NCBI RefSeq assembly: GCF_000143415.4
Contig: NW_003314282.1
Span: forward strand, 97,700 to 161,699
Source: Selaginella moellendorffii
Lineage: Eukaryota; Plantae; Lycopodiophyta
Direction of reading: 5' to 3'
Length of the DNA: 64,000 bases
This document shows, in pieces, positions 38,353-50,849 of the stretch. A program made the position numbers and the translations under genes. The notes below the pieces were generated by a model. It did not search any database. It saw nothing but the letters and a program-made list of their open reading frames with translations, and was not told where the DNA came from. Position 1 is the stretch's first letter. Each line of letters starts with the position of its first letter.

Positions 38353-39933
38353 ATGGCGGGATTGGAATTTGGTAATGTTGTGGAAGAGCCGGTGAGGAGA
38401 GAGACCAATCACGTAGGGCTCATTCTAGCCCTTTCGTCTAGTGTGTTTATTGGCTCCAGCTTTATCATGAAGAAGAAGGGATTGAAGAAAGCGGGCGCCT
38501 CAGGAGTACGAGCAGGTACCTCCTTGGTTTTATCTTTAGTTTTCTTCGATCATGGATTGAATTTACATTCGATCTAAAACCATATCTTGCAGGAGTGGGA
38601 GGCTATTCTTATTTATTGGAGCCGCTATGGTGGTCTGGCATGATCACGAGTACGTGAGAAACAAAACTCTAAGCGTCTCTACTAACCTATGCGTGAATTT
38701 CTTTTTCGCAGTGATCGTTGGCGAGATTGCAAACTTTGCTGCCTATGCTTTCGCACCAGCGGTTCTCGTCACTCCTTTGGGAGCACTCAGCATCATTGTC
38801 AGGTGTGTATGCTGCTCGATACGATCGCTACTAGTTTTTGGATTTATAACTCGCTGGGTTGTGATATGCAGTGCGATTCTAGCGGATATCATGCTCAAGG
38901 AGAAGCTTGCTGGACTGGGAATTCTAGGATGTCTTCTCTGTGTGGTTGGATCCGTGGGAATTGTCTTAAATGCTCCCGAAGAACGTATCATGAATTCAGT
39001 GGACGAAGTTTGGCGACTTGCTACAGAACCAGGTAGATTTAAGTTCTCTTCTTTTCTTTTTCTCTTTTCTTTTTTCCTTTTAGGTGGAAATAACTAACCA
39101 GCTCGTTTGCTTCCCAGCTTTTTTGCTTTATGCACTGGCAGTCGTTTCTGTGGTTCTCGTGCTCACGTTTCACTTTGTGCCTCGAATCGGCCAAACTCAA
39201 GTTATGGTCTACGTTGGCATCTGCTCCTTGATGGGATCTCTTTCCGTAAGTTCGCGTTCTTCTTTCCTTTCTGCTTTTGGTTTAGACTTACGAGCTTGCT
39301 CTCACACCAGGTCATGAGTGCAAAAGCTCTGGGAATCGCCATCAAGCTTACATTCCAGGGCTCTAATCAGCTTATTTACTCGCAAACGTGGGTGTTTGGA
39401 ATGGTTCTTGTCACCTGTGTGGTCACTCAGATGAACTACCTCAACAAGGCAAGGCATTTTATTCTTTTCTTGCATTGCTTGCAATCCAGATCTAAAAGCT
39501 TCGTCCAGGCTCTTGACACATTCAACACAGCGGTTGTGTCACCAATCTACTATGTAATGTTCACGACGTTCACGATTGTTGCTAGCGTGATTATGTTCAA
39601 GGTGAGAAGTTCACTCGATGTTTTCCTTTATCACAAGCTGCTATTCCTATTCCAGGACTGGGATACACAGAGCCCTCGAAATATTGTCTCCGAGATTTCT
39701 GGTTTCATCACCATACTGTCAGGCACCTATTTGCTGCACGTAACGAAAGACTATGGCAAGGACAACTCGATGGGTATGATAGATTTCTCCATGGTTTCCA
39801 TAGCCAATTATCTCATGTCTCTCTTATCGCAGGTGTTTATACCAACCTTCCCTCTCATATATATTCTTCTCCGACGAGCTCTAAGCAAGACGTGGAGGCG
39901 CCCGGCGAAGAGATGCCAATGAGGCGTCAATGA
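38353..39933 (+). CDS. NIPA-like probable magnesium transporter (DUF803), multi-exon
   Basis: [85 protein letters not shown] 39931-39933. Confidence 0.94.
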
Positions 39934-40389
39934 AGGAAAAAAAAATTCATACAAAGGAGTTTTTCACGCATTTGTACAGTAAGAATTTTTGGTAGTAATG
40001 CGATTGTTCTTTACAGATTGGCATGGAAGATTTCCCAACGGTGTCACGGCGTTTCCCGTGTGGCCCTTTTCTTTTAGTTACCATGGGAAGATCGTATAAA
40101 ACTTCACTGACGGGCATGCCCGTGCTTCGATGCCGCCCCCGTGAAGGCCAGTGACGGGCTTCTACGCTACGTTGCCAAATTACCATTCCATTCCATGGTC
40201 TGACAGGCGTATCTACTGTTTATTTACCATGTATGCGATACGGCTCGAGAGAAGAAATTCATGCATGTGATGATTGATGCGCTCGTGAACACGTTGGGTA
40301 AAAACGTGACTCCTGGCGGGGTAAAAAGCGGGCACTGATGATTAGCTCCACATCAGCGGACAAGTGGAAGATGCCGCGCTTATTCTCTG

Positions 40390-40458
40390 ACGTGTCAGGC
40401 CATAAGGAATGACACGTAGAGAGACTTTCCAGCGTGCCATTCGCGCAAAGTGCCACGT
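40390..40458. promoter_or_regulatory. Cluster of three ABRE/G-box elements upstream of the DREB gene
   Basis: ACGTGTC 40390-40396, GACACGT 40411-40417, GCCACGT 40452-40458. Confidence 0.55.
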
Positions 40459-40684
40459 CAGAAACATGGATTCTCCCTTTTTCTTCTGGAGTCGCCCAGA
40501 GGGGGCCATTGTTCTTGGTGCTTTCTCTGCAGCGACACATTCTCCCTATGATTCTTGATCCTGTCTCGATCGCGAGCGCGTCGCCACTGCCCCCGATCGC
40601 GAGACAAGGGGCGGCGAATTGGTGGAGATCGATTGAGTGATAGATGATCGATCGAGCGCCGCGATCATCAGCAAGAAGGGATCG

Positions 40685-41629
40685 ATGAGGGGCAAGGGCG
40701 GGCCGGAGAATGCGTCGTGCACGTATCGGGGTGTGAGGCAGAGGACGTGGGGGAAATGGGTCGCGGAGATTCGCGAGCCCAAGAAGCGATCGCGGCTATG
40801 GCTTGGATCGTTTGCCACAGCGGACGAGGCGGCGCGAGCCTACGATGAGGCTGCCAAGCGGCTCTACGGCCCGGAAGCCCATCTCAATCTCCCCGATAGC
40901 AAGAACAAGACGACCGATCATCCATCGTCGACGTCCATGGATCAATCGGCAGCCAATCCAGCCAAAAGATTCAAGCTGGAGCATCGCCTGGATCATCACC
41001 GCCACCACCAGCAGCTCCAGCTTCAGCGGCAATCGATCAATTCCTTCTCCCCGGCGTCGTCCCCGTCGTCGCCACTGGATCTTCTCTTCCTCGCCTCGCG
41101 ATCATCCATGGCCTCGTCCGTGAATTTCTCGCTCCAGCAGCGATCCAATCGCGTGACGGAGATGTACGCCAGAGTGGTGGAGAGCCTGAGCTCCGCGCAA
41201 GTGGTCCGCGCATCATCCTCGTCCGCGAGCTTCTCGACTAGTACTGCCAATTTCCGCCATGGCTACCAGCAGCTCTCCGGATCCATCCAGCTCCCTCCAG
41301 CTCCTCGCCTCGATCAAACCGAGAGCTTCAAGCACCATCAGAGTCTCCTCCAGCTTCCCAGCTCTGGCAACAACGATCATGGGCCTCCGCCAGCAGCCCC
41401 GGCGCCGCCGCCAGGATCCAAGTTCCTGGAGCACTTCGAGGTGGTGGATGAATCGTTCGAGGGGAGCTCTTCCGGATCGGATTGGCTGGCGAGCGTGGCT
41501 TGGGACGACGATCATCTCGACTTCCGGCCAGAATGGCCCGGCACTGGCAACGACGAATTCCCAGACAACGGGCCAGACAATCTCGACGATTCCGAGCAAA
41601 TCACGATCTGGAACTTCCACTGTACGTAA
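40685..41629 (+). CDS. AP2/ERF transcription factor, DREB2 (A-2)-like; ORF open from GTG at 40637
   Basis: [13 protein letters not shown] motif followed by [44 protein letters not shown]. Acidic C-terminus ending IWNF. Confidence 0.92.
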   Translation: MRGKGGPENASCTYRGVRQRTWGKWVAEIREPKKRSRLWLGSFATADEAARAYDEAAKRLYGPEAHLNLPDSKNKTTDHPSSTSMDQSAANPAKRFKLEHRLDHHRHHQQLQLQRQSINSFSPASSPSSPLDLLFLASRSSMASSVNFSLQQRSNRVTEMYARVVESLSSAQVVRASSSSASFSTSTANFRHGYQQLSGSIQLPPAPRLDQTESFKHHQSLLQLPSSGNNDHGPPPAAPAPPPGSKFLEHFEVVDESFEGSSSGSDWLASVAWDDDHLDFRPEWPGTGNDEFPDNGPDNLDDSEQITIWNFHCT

Positions 41630-41756
41630 ATTCTTATCCTTAGAACTAGCGGTAAAATCTTCTTCCTCGATCCCCGCAAATAAAACGTCTCACCAAGGCC
41701 GGGGCCGGTCAAACCCGTTCAACTCTTGTCAAACAGGTCAACTAGAGCCGGTTACG

Positions 41757-43919
41757 TCAATTCACCAGAGAATTTTTTGATGTGCTTCGAAAGATGTTTG
41801 ACATGATCTCATACACCGCAGCGTTGTTCCTGTCGAGCTCCACCAGCGATTCATACGCAACTCTCCCGATCTCTACGTTCTTCCACTTCTGGCACCCGGC
41901 CAAGAGCACCATCCACGCCATCGCATTGGGCTTGAATGGCATCCTGTGCACCATCTCCACCGCGGCTTCCAGCTCGTTGGCCCGGCTCAAGAGATCGATC
42001 ATGCAAACGTAGTGCTCGATCCCGGGAGATATCCCAAACTCGCTCGTCATCCTCGCAAAGTAGCGCTTCCCTCGAGCGACGAGCCCTGCATGGCTGCAAG
42101 CCGTGAGAACGCAACGAAAGGTTACCTTGTTGAGCTCCACGCCTTGCTCGATCATAGCGTCCACCAGCGCGAAAACTCTGGCTGTGTCTCCCCTGCGGCC
42201 ATATCCTGCGACGAGAGCAGTCCAGGCAACCGAGTCAGCCACTGAAAGAAGATCGAAAACGAGTTGGGAGTCGAGCACGCTGCCGCATTTGCAGTAGGAA
42301 TCCAGCAGGGTGGTTGCGAGAACTGGATCGTGCTCGATGAAGCTCCAGTAGCGGCAGAGGTCGGCGTGGATGGCAGTGGCGAGTCCGATCCCCGCGGAGG
42401 AGCCGCAGGCCTTGAGAGCAGCGCAGTAAGTCCGAGGATCCGCGGAGAAACCACGAACTTCCTGCTTCATGCGCGTGAAAATCTCCAGTGCCTGTGATCC
42501 TTGGCTGTTTTGAACGTATCCCACCATGAGTGACGTCCAGAGAACTAGATCGCGCTGCAAGGATCTGTCGAAAGCCCGGCGAGCGTCGGCCATGCTTCCA
42601 CAGCTCGCGTACATGTTTACCAGCGTGTTCACCACCAGGATCTCACGGTCGAAGCCGGCTCTCTCGGCTCGGGAGTGAAGAGCCATGCCTTTGTCGAGGA
42701 TCTCCAGCTTCACCACGAGCTTCTCATCCAGTGAAACTCCAGCTTCCGGCTCTGCCAGGCTCGAGCAAGCCTTGAACGCCGCCACGAACGAGAGAGCCGT
42801 CGGTGGACAGTCCATGGCTTCGAAGAGCTCCAGCGCCAACTTTGGTTCTTCGTTGTCATCGTAGCCGAGCATCAGCGAGGTCCAGGAGATGGCATCGCGC
42901 GTCACCATCTTCTCAAAAACCCGGCGAGAGTCGAGCATGCTTCCACACTTGGCATATAGATCCACAAGACCGTTTCCTACGAACACGTCCGTGTCGTAGT
43001 GGCCTTGAGCTCGAGCTCGAGCGTGGATCTCCATCCCTTTCTCCAGAAACTTTAGCTTGATTCGCTTGGCACTGATCTCCACTCCAGCTTCTTTCTCGGC
43101 TTGAGCAGCACAGGCCTTGATAGCAGCAACGAAAGTTCGATCGTCCGGCTCTAAAAGTTCCATCTCTGTCATCTTGTCAAAGAGCTCCAACGCCAGCTCT
43201 TCCTCCCCATTCTCCACAAAGCCGAGCATCAGCACTGTCCAAGAGATGACGCTGTGCCATGGCATCCTCTCGAAAATCATGAAAGCATCTCTCAAGCTCC
43301 CACACTTGGAGTACATGTCGATCACTGTGTTTGGAAGCTTGATATCTTCGTCTTCCTGCTGATAGCGTCCTCTTCTTCTCAAGCTTCTCAAGCTTTTCGC
43401 GTGTATACCCATGCCCATGCCCAGCGATTCGACCTTCACGACCTTTCCATCCACGAGAATCCCCACTTCTTTCCCGGCCACAGCAATGCAAGCCTTGAAA
43501 GCGCCAAGGAAGCTCAGCCTGTTCGATTCGATGCCCTGCGCTTCCATCTGCGAGAAAATCTCCAGCGCCAAGTCGCCACGGCCATTCTCCGCATACCCCA
43601 TGAGCAATGTGTTCCAAGACACCACATCGCGCTTGTCCATCCTCTCGAAAATCTTCCGGGCTTCCGCCAGGCATCCGCATTTGGCGTACATGTTGATGAG
43701 GCTGCTGGCGACGAAGGCATTGGAATCGATGCCGCTGGCGATGGCGTCGGCGTGCGCGAGTCTTCCCCTGTCTAGATCCCGGGCGCTGCTAGCGGCTCTC
43801 AATCGCGCCAAGATTGTGACTCTCACCTTGTCCGCTGGGGCGCCGTGCCTGGATTCACAGCTGGAGCGCCGGCATTGCCCGCCCAATCCCAAATTCAAGC
43901 GCGACAAGCTCTTGATCAT
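41757..43919 (-). CDS. PLS-class PPR protein with E domain (no DYW), intronless
   Basis: 720-aa ORF with DVVSWNTLLMGYAENG and MYAKCG repeats, ACSHAGLV, HYVCMIDLL. Ends inside the E domain. Confidence 0.92.
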   Translation of the reverse strand: MIKSLSRLNLGLGGQCRRSSCESRHGAPADKVRVTILARLRAASSARDLDRGRLAHADAIASGIDSNAFVASSLINMYAKCGCLAEARKIFERMDKRDVVSWNTLLMGYAENGRGDLALEIFSQMEAQGIESNRLSFLGAFKACIAVAGKEVGILVDGKVVKVESLGMGMGIHAKSLRSLRRRGRYQQEDEDIKLPNTVIDMYSKCGSLRDAFMIFERMPWHSVISWTVLMLGFVENGEEELALELFDKMTEMELLEPDDRTFVAAIKACAAQAEKEAGVEISAKRIKLKFLEKGMEIHARARAQGHYDTDVFVGNGLVDLYAKCGSMLDSRRVFEKMVTRDAISWTSLMLGYDDNEEPKLALELFEAMDCPPTALSFVAAFKACSSLAEPEAGVSLDEKLVVKLEILDKGMALHSRAERAGFDREILVVNTLVNMYASCGSMADARRAFDRSLQRDLVLWTSLMVGYVQNSQGSQALEIFTRMKQEVRGFSADPRTYCAALKACGSSAGIGLATAIHADLCRYWSFIEHDPVLATTLLDSYCKCGSVLDSQLVFDLLSVADSVAWTALVAGYGRRGDTARVFALVDAMIEQGVELNKVTFRCVLTACSHAGLVARGKRYFARMTSEFGISPGIEHYVCMIDLLSRANELEAAVEMVHRMPFKPNAMAWMVLLAGCQKWKNVEIGRVAYESLVELDRNNAAVYEIMSNIFRSTSKNSLVN

Positions 43920-44014
43920 AAGTTAGGGCTCTTCCACATTCCATAGCTCCTCTAGTGGACCTGGTCAAGTATAGTCAACGCAAGTCGTCAAAATGGATGC
44001 TCTTCAAGAGAATT

Positions 44015-44087
44015 TGGAGATGCCGGGTATCGATCCCGGTGCCTCTCGCATGCTAAGCGAGCGCTCTACCATCTGAGCTACATCCCC
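44015..44087 (-). tRNA. tRNA-Ala(AGC)
   Basis: GGGGATGTAGCTCAGATGGTAGAGCGCTCGCTTAGCATGCGAGAGGCACCGGGATCGATACCCGGCATCTCCA: 73-nt cloverleaf, G3:U70, anticodon AGC. Confidence 0.96.
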
Positions 44088-44125
44088 TTAACGCAAAGAT
44101 GAAAATGCAGGGAAAATAAACGTGA

Positions 44126-44143
44126 GGTTTAGGGTTTAGGGTT
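44126..44143. repeat. Short TTTAGGG (telomere/telo-box) run upstream of the tRNA gene
   Basis: GGTTTAGGGTTTAGGGTT. Confidence 0.6.
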
Positions 44144-44783
44144 CTTCTTGCAGAAAGAGCTTTTATTTTCGTTTCCTCCATCCATGGGGTGAAATGGCGC
44201 TCTTCGACTCGCGATCTTGGATGTAAGCAGCATTTTGGAGGATTTTGTTGAAATGCAGATCAAAAATCTTATAATTTTTTTCAGGCATTCTGATGGATCG
44301 TTCTCCCCGGTAGCCTGTGGAAATTCTTCCTTTCAAAATCGTTCTGCCCTTTGGCCATCTTCTCATTTCACGATCAACTCTTTTTTTTCGTTCAGAAGCA
44401 TTGTGAAAGCTTCTTCAGCTTTAATGCGATCTTGGACGTGATCATGTTAAGTTTCACTGGTACTGATCTTCAATTTGTTCATGTAGATCGTATTTTCTTC
44501 AGGCATTGACATTCTGATGGATCATTTTTCTCGGCCGATAGCCTGTGGAAATTCTTCCTTTCCATTGTTCTGTGCTAAAGCTTCCAGGCAAGTGGTTTCA
44601 TTCCTTCATCTTTCCATTTCACAATCAACGTTTGTTTTTCTTTGTAGAAGCATTGCTAAAGTTTTTCCAGCCTTTCTCGCCCGAGTCAAAGGGTAAGCTT
44701 GCATTGAGCACGATGCATGTGATGAATAGTTTAAAGTGCTACTTGCGGGTCAAATAGATACGGCTGCAAGATTCGAGCAAGAA

Positions 44784-47700
44784 ATGGAGGGGACTTGTTG
44801 TTCGTCTTGCTTGAAACGAGCTGTTCTTGTGCTGAAAGAGTTGTTTGAGAGCAAGCAAGATCTCAAGGCTGCTGTCAAGAGCTTTGTTGACTGCCATTTC
44901 ATCTGTTTGAAACAGGGAGATGCCGATGGATTTCTGTGGAGTACCAAGCTCCTCCAAGGCGTCATCGGTCACTTTTCAGAAAAGGATTTGGAGCCCGAGA
45001 GCCTCTCGGTATTTCTGCTGGAGTGCTTTGCAAACGACCAGCAGCAGGAAGAAGAAGATCCACAGGCACTGTCAGCGTTTCATGTGGCAACACTCCATCG
45101 AGACAAAGCTCTGTTCGACTCCTGCCTCGATTCCGCAAGATCAGATTTTCTGAGGTATCATGCTGCCATGGGCCTTGGATTGATCATTCAGCAGGATGGT
45201 GGAGAAGGCGCTCTAAAATGCTTCCAAGTTGCCAAGTCCATAGCAGAAGGTCTGGATGTAGAGTACAGGGCCATAGCTTCGTACTGGATGATGAAGACTC
45301 TGGCACAGCTTCAAGAAGCGAATATTGCTCTAGATCAGGTGTTCACTGGATCGGTAATCTCGTCAGCTCTGGTTACCATGGTAAAAGCGAAGATCAAGCA
45401 GAAGGAAGGCCAAGCTGGGAAAGAGGTGGTCTCCGTGTATGCTGAGGCTAGAAGAACACTGGCAAACTTCATGGTGAATCTCAACGATAAGCTTGCGGAA
45501 AAGTTGGAGTCGTCCTGCTGCTCTACCTTGTTCCTCCTCGAGTTTATTCGCTATGACAACTTTACCAAGTTCTCCATGTTGATGCTGCCATCTCGGCCAG
45601 ATCCAGAGGCACTCCCTACACCATTGAATGTATGCTTCGCTGCATATGATTTCTACAGAGAAGCGAGACTGGAGATACTAAAGCTCCAAGAAAACTGGAA
45701 CGACGCCAAAGATGCAAGGGCCCATATCGAAGAAGGATATGACACTGGTCTCGACTCTCTCGTACTTGGCCATGAAATCGCGTTGAAGATGGATGACTTA
45801 GACAGCATTTACTGGGCCGGAGTGTTTCTGGACAACTATATCAACCGCGAGATCACAGCAGACACTCAAGCTATGGTTTCTCGACTGATAGCATGTTTCG
45901 AGAAATACGAGAACGAAGACAACAAGGCTTGGGCATATTACTACGTTGGAAGAAAGGGAACAATCGATGGCAGATTTTCCAGAACACAGTATGAACTTCT
46001 GGAGAAGTCCCTGGAACAGGCAAAGACAGGAATGCTGCGTTACTTTGCTGCGTATACGCTAGGCCATGCATGCAGTGACAAGAAATCAAGGCAGGAGTAC
46101 CTGGAGAGCGCAAAACACTGCGCTCTCCAAACCGGCAACGAAGAGCTCATAATCGACGTCATGCTCGAGCTGTTCGTTCTTCTCATAGAGCGCCAGATGT
46201 TCCAAAATGCAAGTGAGCTTTGCCAGGAGCTTGAGAAGATGATCAACAGCAGCCATTTCTCCAGCGTGGTCTTTGGTCAAGGTGTTGTGGCGCTCATGGA
46301 AGGGCATCTCAAGGTTGCTTGGGGAGATCATTCCGGCAGCTTCCTACATTTCCAACGAGCTGTCCACCTTTTGGAACCTCTACAAACTCTATACCCGGCG
46401 GCACTGGTCACGTATATGTGCGGCGAGAACAAACGCACAGTGTCTTACTTTGGCAGGGCATGTTTGCAACGCAGCTTCAGCAGCGCTACCACCGCGATCG
46501 AAAATTTTGTGAAAAACTCGTCGAAAGGTATGCGTGTTTTTTTTTCTTTTCTTCTTCTGCTTTCTTACCATTCTTTCCTACAGGAATTCCTCATTTGGGA
46601 ATTGAGCTCTACGATGAGGCACAGTTGGAGTTCGACGAGATTCTAGAGTCGTTAAAAGAGCTGGATAAGCTTGAAGAGGAAGGAGATCTCGAACAACAGG
46701 AATCACGGATCGCGCACTTGCTCCAAGCTCTGAAACGTGATCATAGGGAGGTCGAACTACATGGTAGACTGGAGGTTTTTGAAGCTAGAGTTTGGATGAA
46801 GATGGCTCACCTGGCACATGCATACTACGAGAGATTGTCTCAAGAGGACGATCAAATCGCGTCGCCTATTTCACTCGTAAACGAATTCATGACACAAGCA
46901 ACTCAGCTTGCAGAGGCCACGTTTCTGCGAGGTACTGCTGTTCCTCCGGTTCTTTGCTCCCATGGTTTTCTGCTGTGGAAGATGGGCTTCACCAGAGATG
47001 CTGTCCAAAAGTTGGAGCAAGCACTCAGGTTGGTATTGTTCATATTTTGTGTCTTTCCTCTCTTTCTAAATGTTGCATTCGTAGGCATTGGCTGCGAGTG
47101 GATGAAAACTTCGGGTATGTCAGCACGGGAAGGATCACTAATATAGAATCGATCAAAGTCTACTTCAAAGGAGTGCAGATGGTCCTTTTCGAAGCAAACG
47201 AATTCAAGCGAGCAATGATTTGGTCTGAGAGGAGCCATGCAAGAGACATGTTGTTTCTGGTCACCCGGGAAGGAGATCGCGAAAACTCGACAGAGTTTGA
47301 CATGGACGACGACAGAGCCTGGTTAGAAGTTGAAGAAATCTCCAAACTCATGGGAAAGGACACAGCCATTGTAGTCATATCACACCTTTCAACAGCAGCG
47401 TTTAGCTCGGTGGCTACGTATCTGTTGCATGATGGAGAGCTCGTCGATTTCAGAAAACGGTATGGTTTCCAAGTCTGCTCGCCATCAGATTTGCTGGAGC
47501 TCATGAAGGACAACGACGCAGACAGCGCTCTCAGGGACTACTACGACATTATCGTCAAGCCTCTCGAGTCTCGACTGGAAAGCATTCAGCCCAAGAGGCT
47601 CATATTTGTTCCAACCGAGGTAAACTTTCTTCTTTTCACTTGTATGGATCTCAAATTCATATGATCAATGCAGGATGTTTCCCTTGTTCCTTTCGGCGCC

Positions 47701-48549
47701 ATGATCGATGAAGACGACAACTACTTGATCCAGAGATATGCTGTAGCCACAGTTTCCTCGTTGAGGCTCTTGAACCATTGTGACAAGAGAAGACGGGCCC
47801 TACGGCAGCAGAAGCAGAAATCACAAACTTCGTCATCTCTGGTGGTTGGCAATCCCAGCAAAGATCTGTATTATGCAACGAAAGAAGCAGAGATGGTGGA
47901 GTCGTTTCTGAAGAGAGCCAACACAGGGAGCGTCGTCAACTTGCTGTGCGAAGCTGATGCAACGAAAGATCTTGTGCTGCAGCAGCTTCCTGAAAGTGAT
48001 TGGATTCACATCGCAAGCCACGGTACAGTTACCGCGGACTTTCCAGATGGAGCTCTGGTTTTGGCAGTGCCGGAAGAGCATCGAGACGACCTTGCAAAGT
48101 CAGCTCGATCTTCCGAGTTTGAGGAGTGCCTCGTGAGAGCTCTCACAACAGCGTCGGTTTCGGACAGGCTCACAGGGGATGAAGTCGTAGAGCTTGCAGG
48201 ACAGGGTCCGTTTCGAGCATCAGCCGCGGTTCTCAGCGCCTGCAACTCAGGAATCGGAAGAGTGTTTGCCGAGGGAATCCTGGCGCTGCCGAGATCGTTC
48301 CACATCTCCGGAGTTCCGTCCGTGGTGATATCACTTTGGAACGTGAAGGACGAGTCCACTCAGGTGCTCATGGAGAAGATGTATGGTAATCTGGTGGAAG
48401 AAGGGATGGACATTGGGAGTGCTCTCCAAAAGGCTGCTGTGGAGATGATCGAGGCTGACGATGGCTGCCAAAAGCTTTACGACGTGAGGCATTGGGCAGC
48501 TTTCTTCGTCTCGGGGAGTCCCTTCACAACTCTAGTATCAACAGTGTGA
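44784..48549 (+). CDS. Fused helical(TPR-like)-CHAT caspase-like protease, 4 exons
   Basis: ATG 44784, introns 46528-46583, ~47029-47084, ~47620-47673. Catalytic WIHIASHG and VLSACNSG, VVISLWNVKD, HWAAF. Frames join without stops. Confidence 0.88.
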
Positions 48550-48759
48550 ATGAAGTCGCACGCTCCAAGCGTTATTTTGGTGAAGTTTCTCTGCCGTTCT
48601 CGAACTTCTTTTCTTCAGCAAGTGGACAGAAAATGGCCATTGTAGATAAGCTTCCAACATCTTTTTTTATTTCACATCGTTTTCTTTCACGTAGTGAACT
48701 TTGTGGAAGGATTTTTCATTTAACAGTTTATACAATTGAATAAGCCAAGCTTGGGAGAA

Positions 48760-50815
48760 ACGGAGGAGAGTTCTTGTTCGTCTTGCCTGAAACGAGCTGT
48801 TCTTTTGCTGGAAGAGTTGTCCAAGAACAAGCAAGATCTCAAGCCTACTGTCAAGAGCTTTGCTGACTGCCATTTCATCTGTTTGAAGCAGGGCGATGCC
48901 GATGGATTTCTGTGGAGTACCAAGCTTCTCCAAGGCGTCATCAATCACTTCTCAAGCGAAGATTTGGAGCCGGATACCCTCTCAGTGTTTCTGCTGGAGT
49001 GCTTTGCAAACAGCCAACAGCAACAAGAAGAGGATCCACAGGCACTCGCAGCGTTTCAGGTGGCAACACGCCATCAGGAAAAAGCACTGTTCACCTCTTG
49101 GCTCGATTCCGCAAGATCAGATTTGCTGAGGTATCATGCTGCCATGAACCTTGGATCGATCATTCAGCGGGATGATGGAGAAGGCGCTCTAAAATGCTTC
49201 CAAGTTGCCAAGCCCACAAGCAGAAGCTCTTGATGTAGAGTACAAGGCCATAGCTTCGTATTGGATGATGAAGACTCTGTCACAGCTCGGTGAGCTTCAG
49301 GAAGCAAAGATCGCTCTCGATCAGGTGTTCACTGGATCGGTAATCTCGTCAGCTCTGGCTAGCATGATAAAAGCGAAGATCAAGCAGAAGGAAGGTGGCG
49401 ATTGGAAAGAGGTGGTCTCCGTGTATCCCGAGGCTAGAAGAATCACTGGCAAACTTCATGGTGAATCTCAGTGACAAGCTTGCGGAAGAATTGGCATCGT
49501 CCTGCTGCTCTACGTTGTTCCTCAACCATATCCGATATGACAGGTTCACCGAGTTCTTCATACTCATGTTGTTCTTCATCTCCACTGCTACACCATTGAA
49601 CGTCTGCTTTGCTGCCTACGACTTGTACAGGGAAGCCAGGTGCGAGATAACAATGCTCCAAGAAGGCCGGGTCGACGCGGAAGATGCAAGGTCCCATATT
49701 GAAGAAGGCATCGAAGTTACGTACGACAAAGATCTCAATCGTCTATAAACACTTGGGCCCAGTGAATGTTGTCCAAGTCACCAATCTTCTAGGCAATCTG
49801 ATGGCCGAGGACGAGTGGATCAGTCGAGAAGTACTCCAGAGACGGTGAAAACAGTAGAGCTTAGATAATAAATCTAAGAGCTTCCTCAGAAACAGAGAGA
49901 GATCACGAACCGGTTTAGGTTTGAGATATCCTTCTAGGAGTGCTACAACACCTTGTCCAAACACCACCAAGTTGGAGAAGCTGCTTGTAACCTTTCGAAG
50001 TTCCTGGAGGATCTCATTTGCCTCTTGGAACAAATCCTGCGATATGAGAGCGTCAAACTGCCAGGTGATGACGTCGGTGATGAGCTCCTCGTTACTGACT
50101 TGAGGAGCATAGCGTTTCGCCCTCTCCAAATATTCTCGGCTTTTTTTCTTGTCACGCGTTGCCAAGTTCACTCGCAGCAAAGTAACGTAGCATTCCTGTT
50201 TTTGCTTGTTCCAGGGAGCTCTCCAGGAATCCATGCTGTGCTTCAAAAGACTGGCCGTCCACTACTCCTCCTCTTCCAATGTAGCAATCTAGGTATTGGC
50301 TGTCAATGGATGGAAACTTGGGCTGTTTGAGCACAGGGAGGATCTATAATAGAGTCACTCAAGGCCTACTTCAAGGGACTGCAGATGATCCTACTGGAAG
50401 CCAACGAGATCAAGTGAGCACTGATCAGGTCTGATAGGAGCCATGCAAGAGACATGCTATTTCTAGTCTGCAAAGAAGGGGATCGTGAGAACTCGATGGA
50501 GTTTGACATGGACGACGAGTCAGAAATTGAAGAAATCTCCAAGCTCATGGGAAAGAAACAGCCATCTTGATTGTATCTATGATTTCGATATCAACTTTTG
50601 ATGAGGTGGTTATCTATCTTCTATACAACGGGGAGCTTATCAAATACAAACACCAACACGGCTTTCAAGTTTGCTCGCCAACGGATTTGCTGAAACTACT
50701 GGATGCTAACGACACAGACAGCGATCTTGGGGATTACTACAAGATCATCGTTGAGCCTTTTGAGTCACAGCTAGAAAGTATTCAAAGAAACTTGTCTTTG
50801 TTCCAGGTGAGGTGA
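48760..50815 (+). pseudogene. Truncated helical-CHAT pseudogene with internal inversion
   Basis: Start codon reads ACG where 56826 has ATG. Frameshifts, segment ~49745-50283 inverted, ends before the catalytic exon. Confidence 0.85.
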
Positions 50816-50849
50816 GCTATTTTCTTCTCTTTTTTTTTCTTGAAAACTC

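Noticed and set aside
44215-44565. Local imperfect duplication upstream of the CHAT gene as a regulatory RNA
   Set aside because: A simple direct duplication with no recognisable structure or motif.
48760-48762. ACG start repaired by C-to-U RNA editing
   Set aside because: Such editing is organellar, and this nuclear copy has other disabling lesions.
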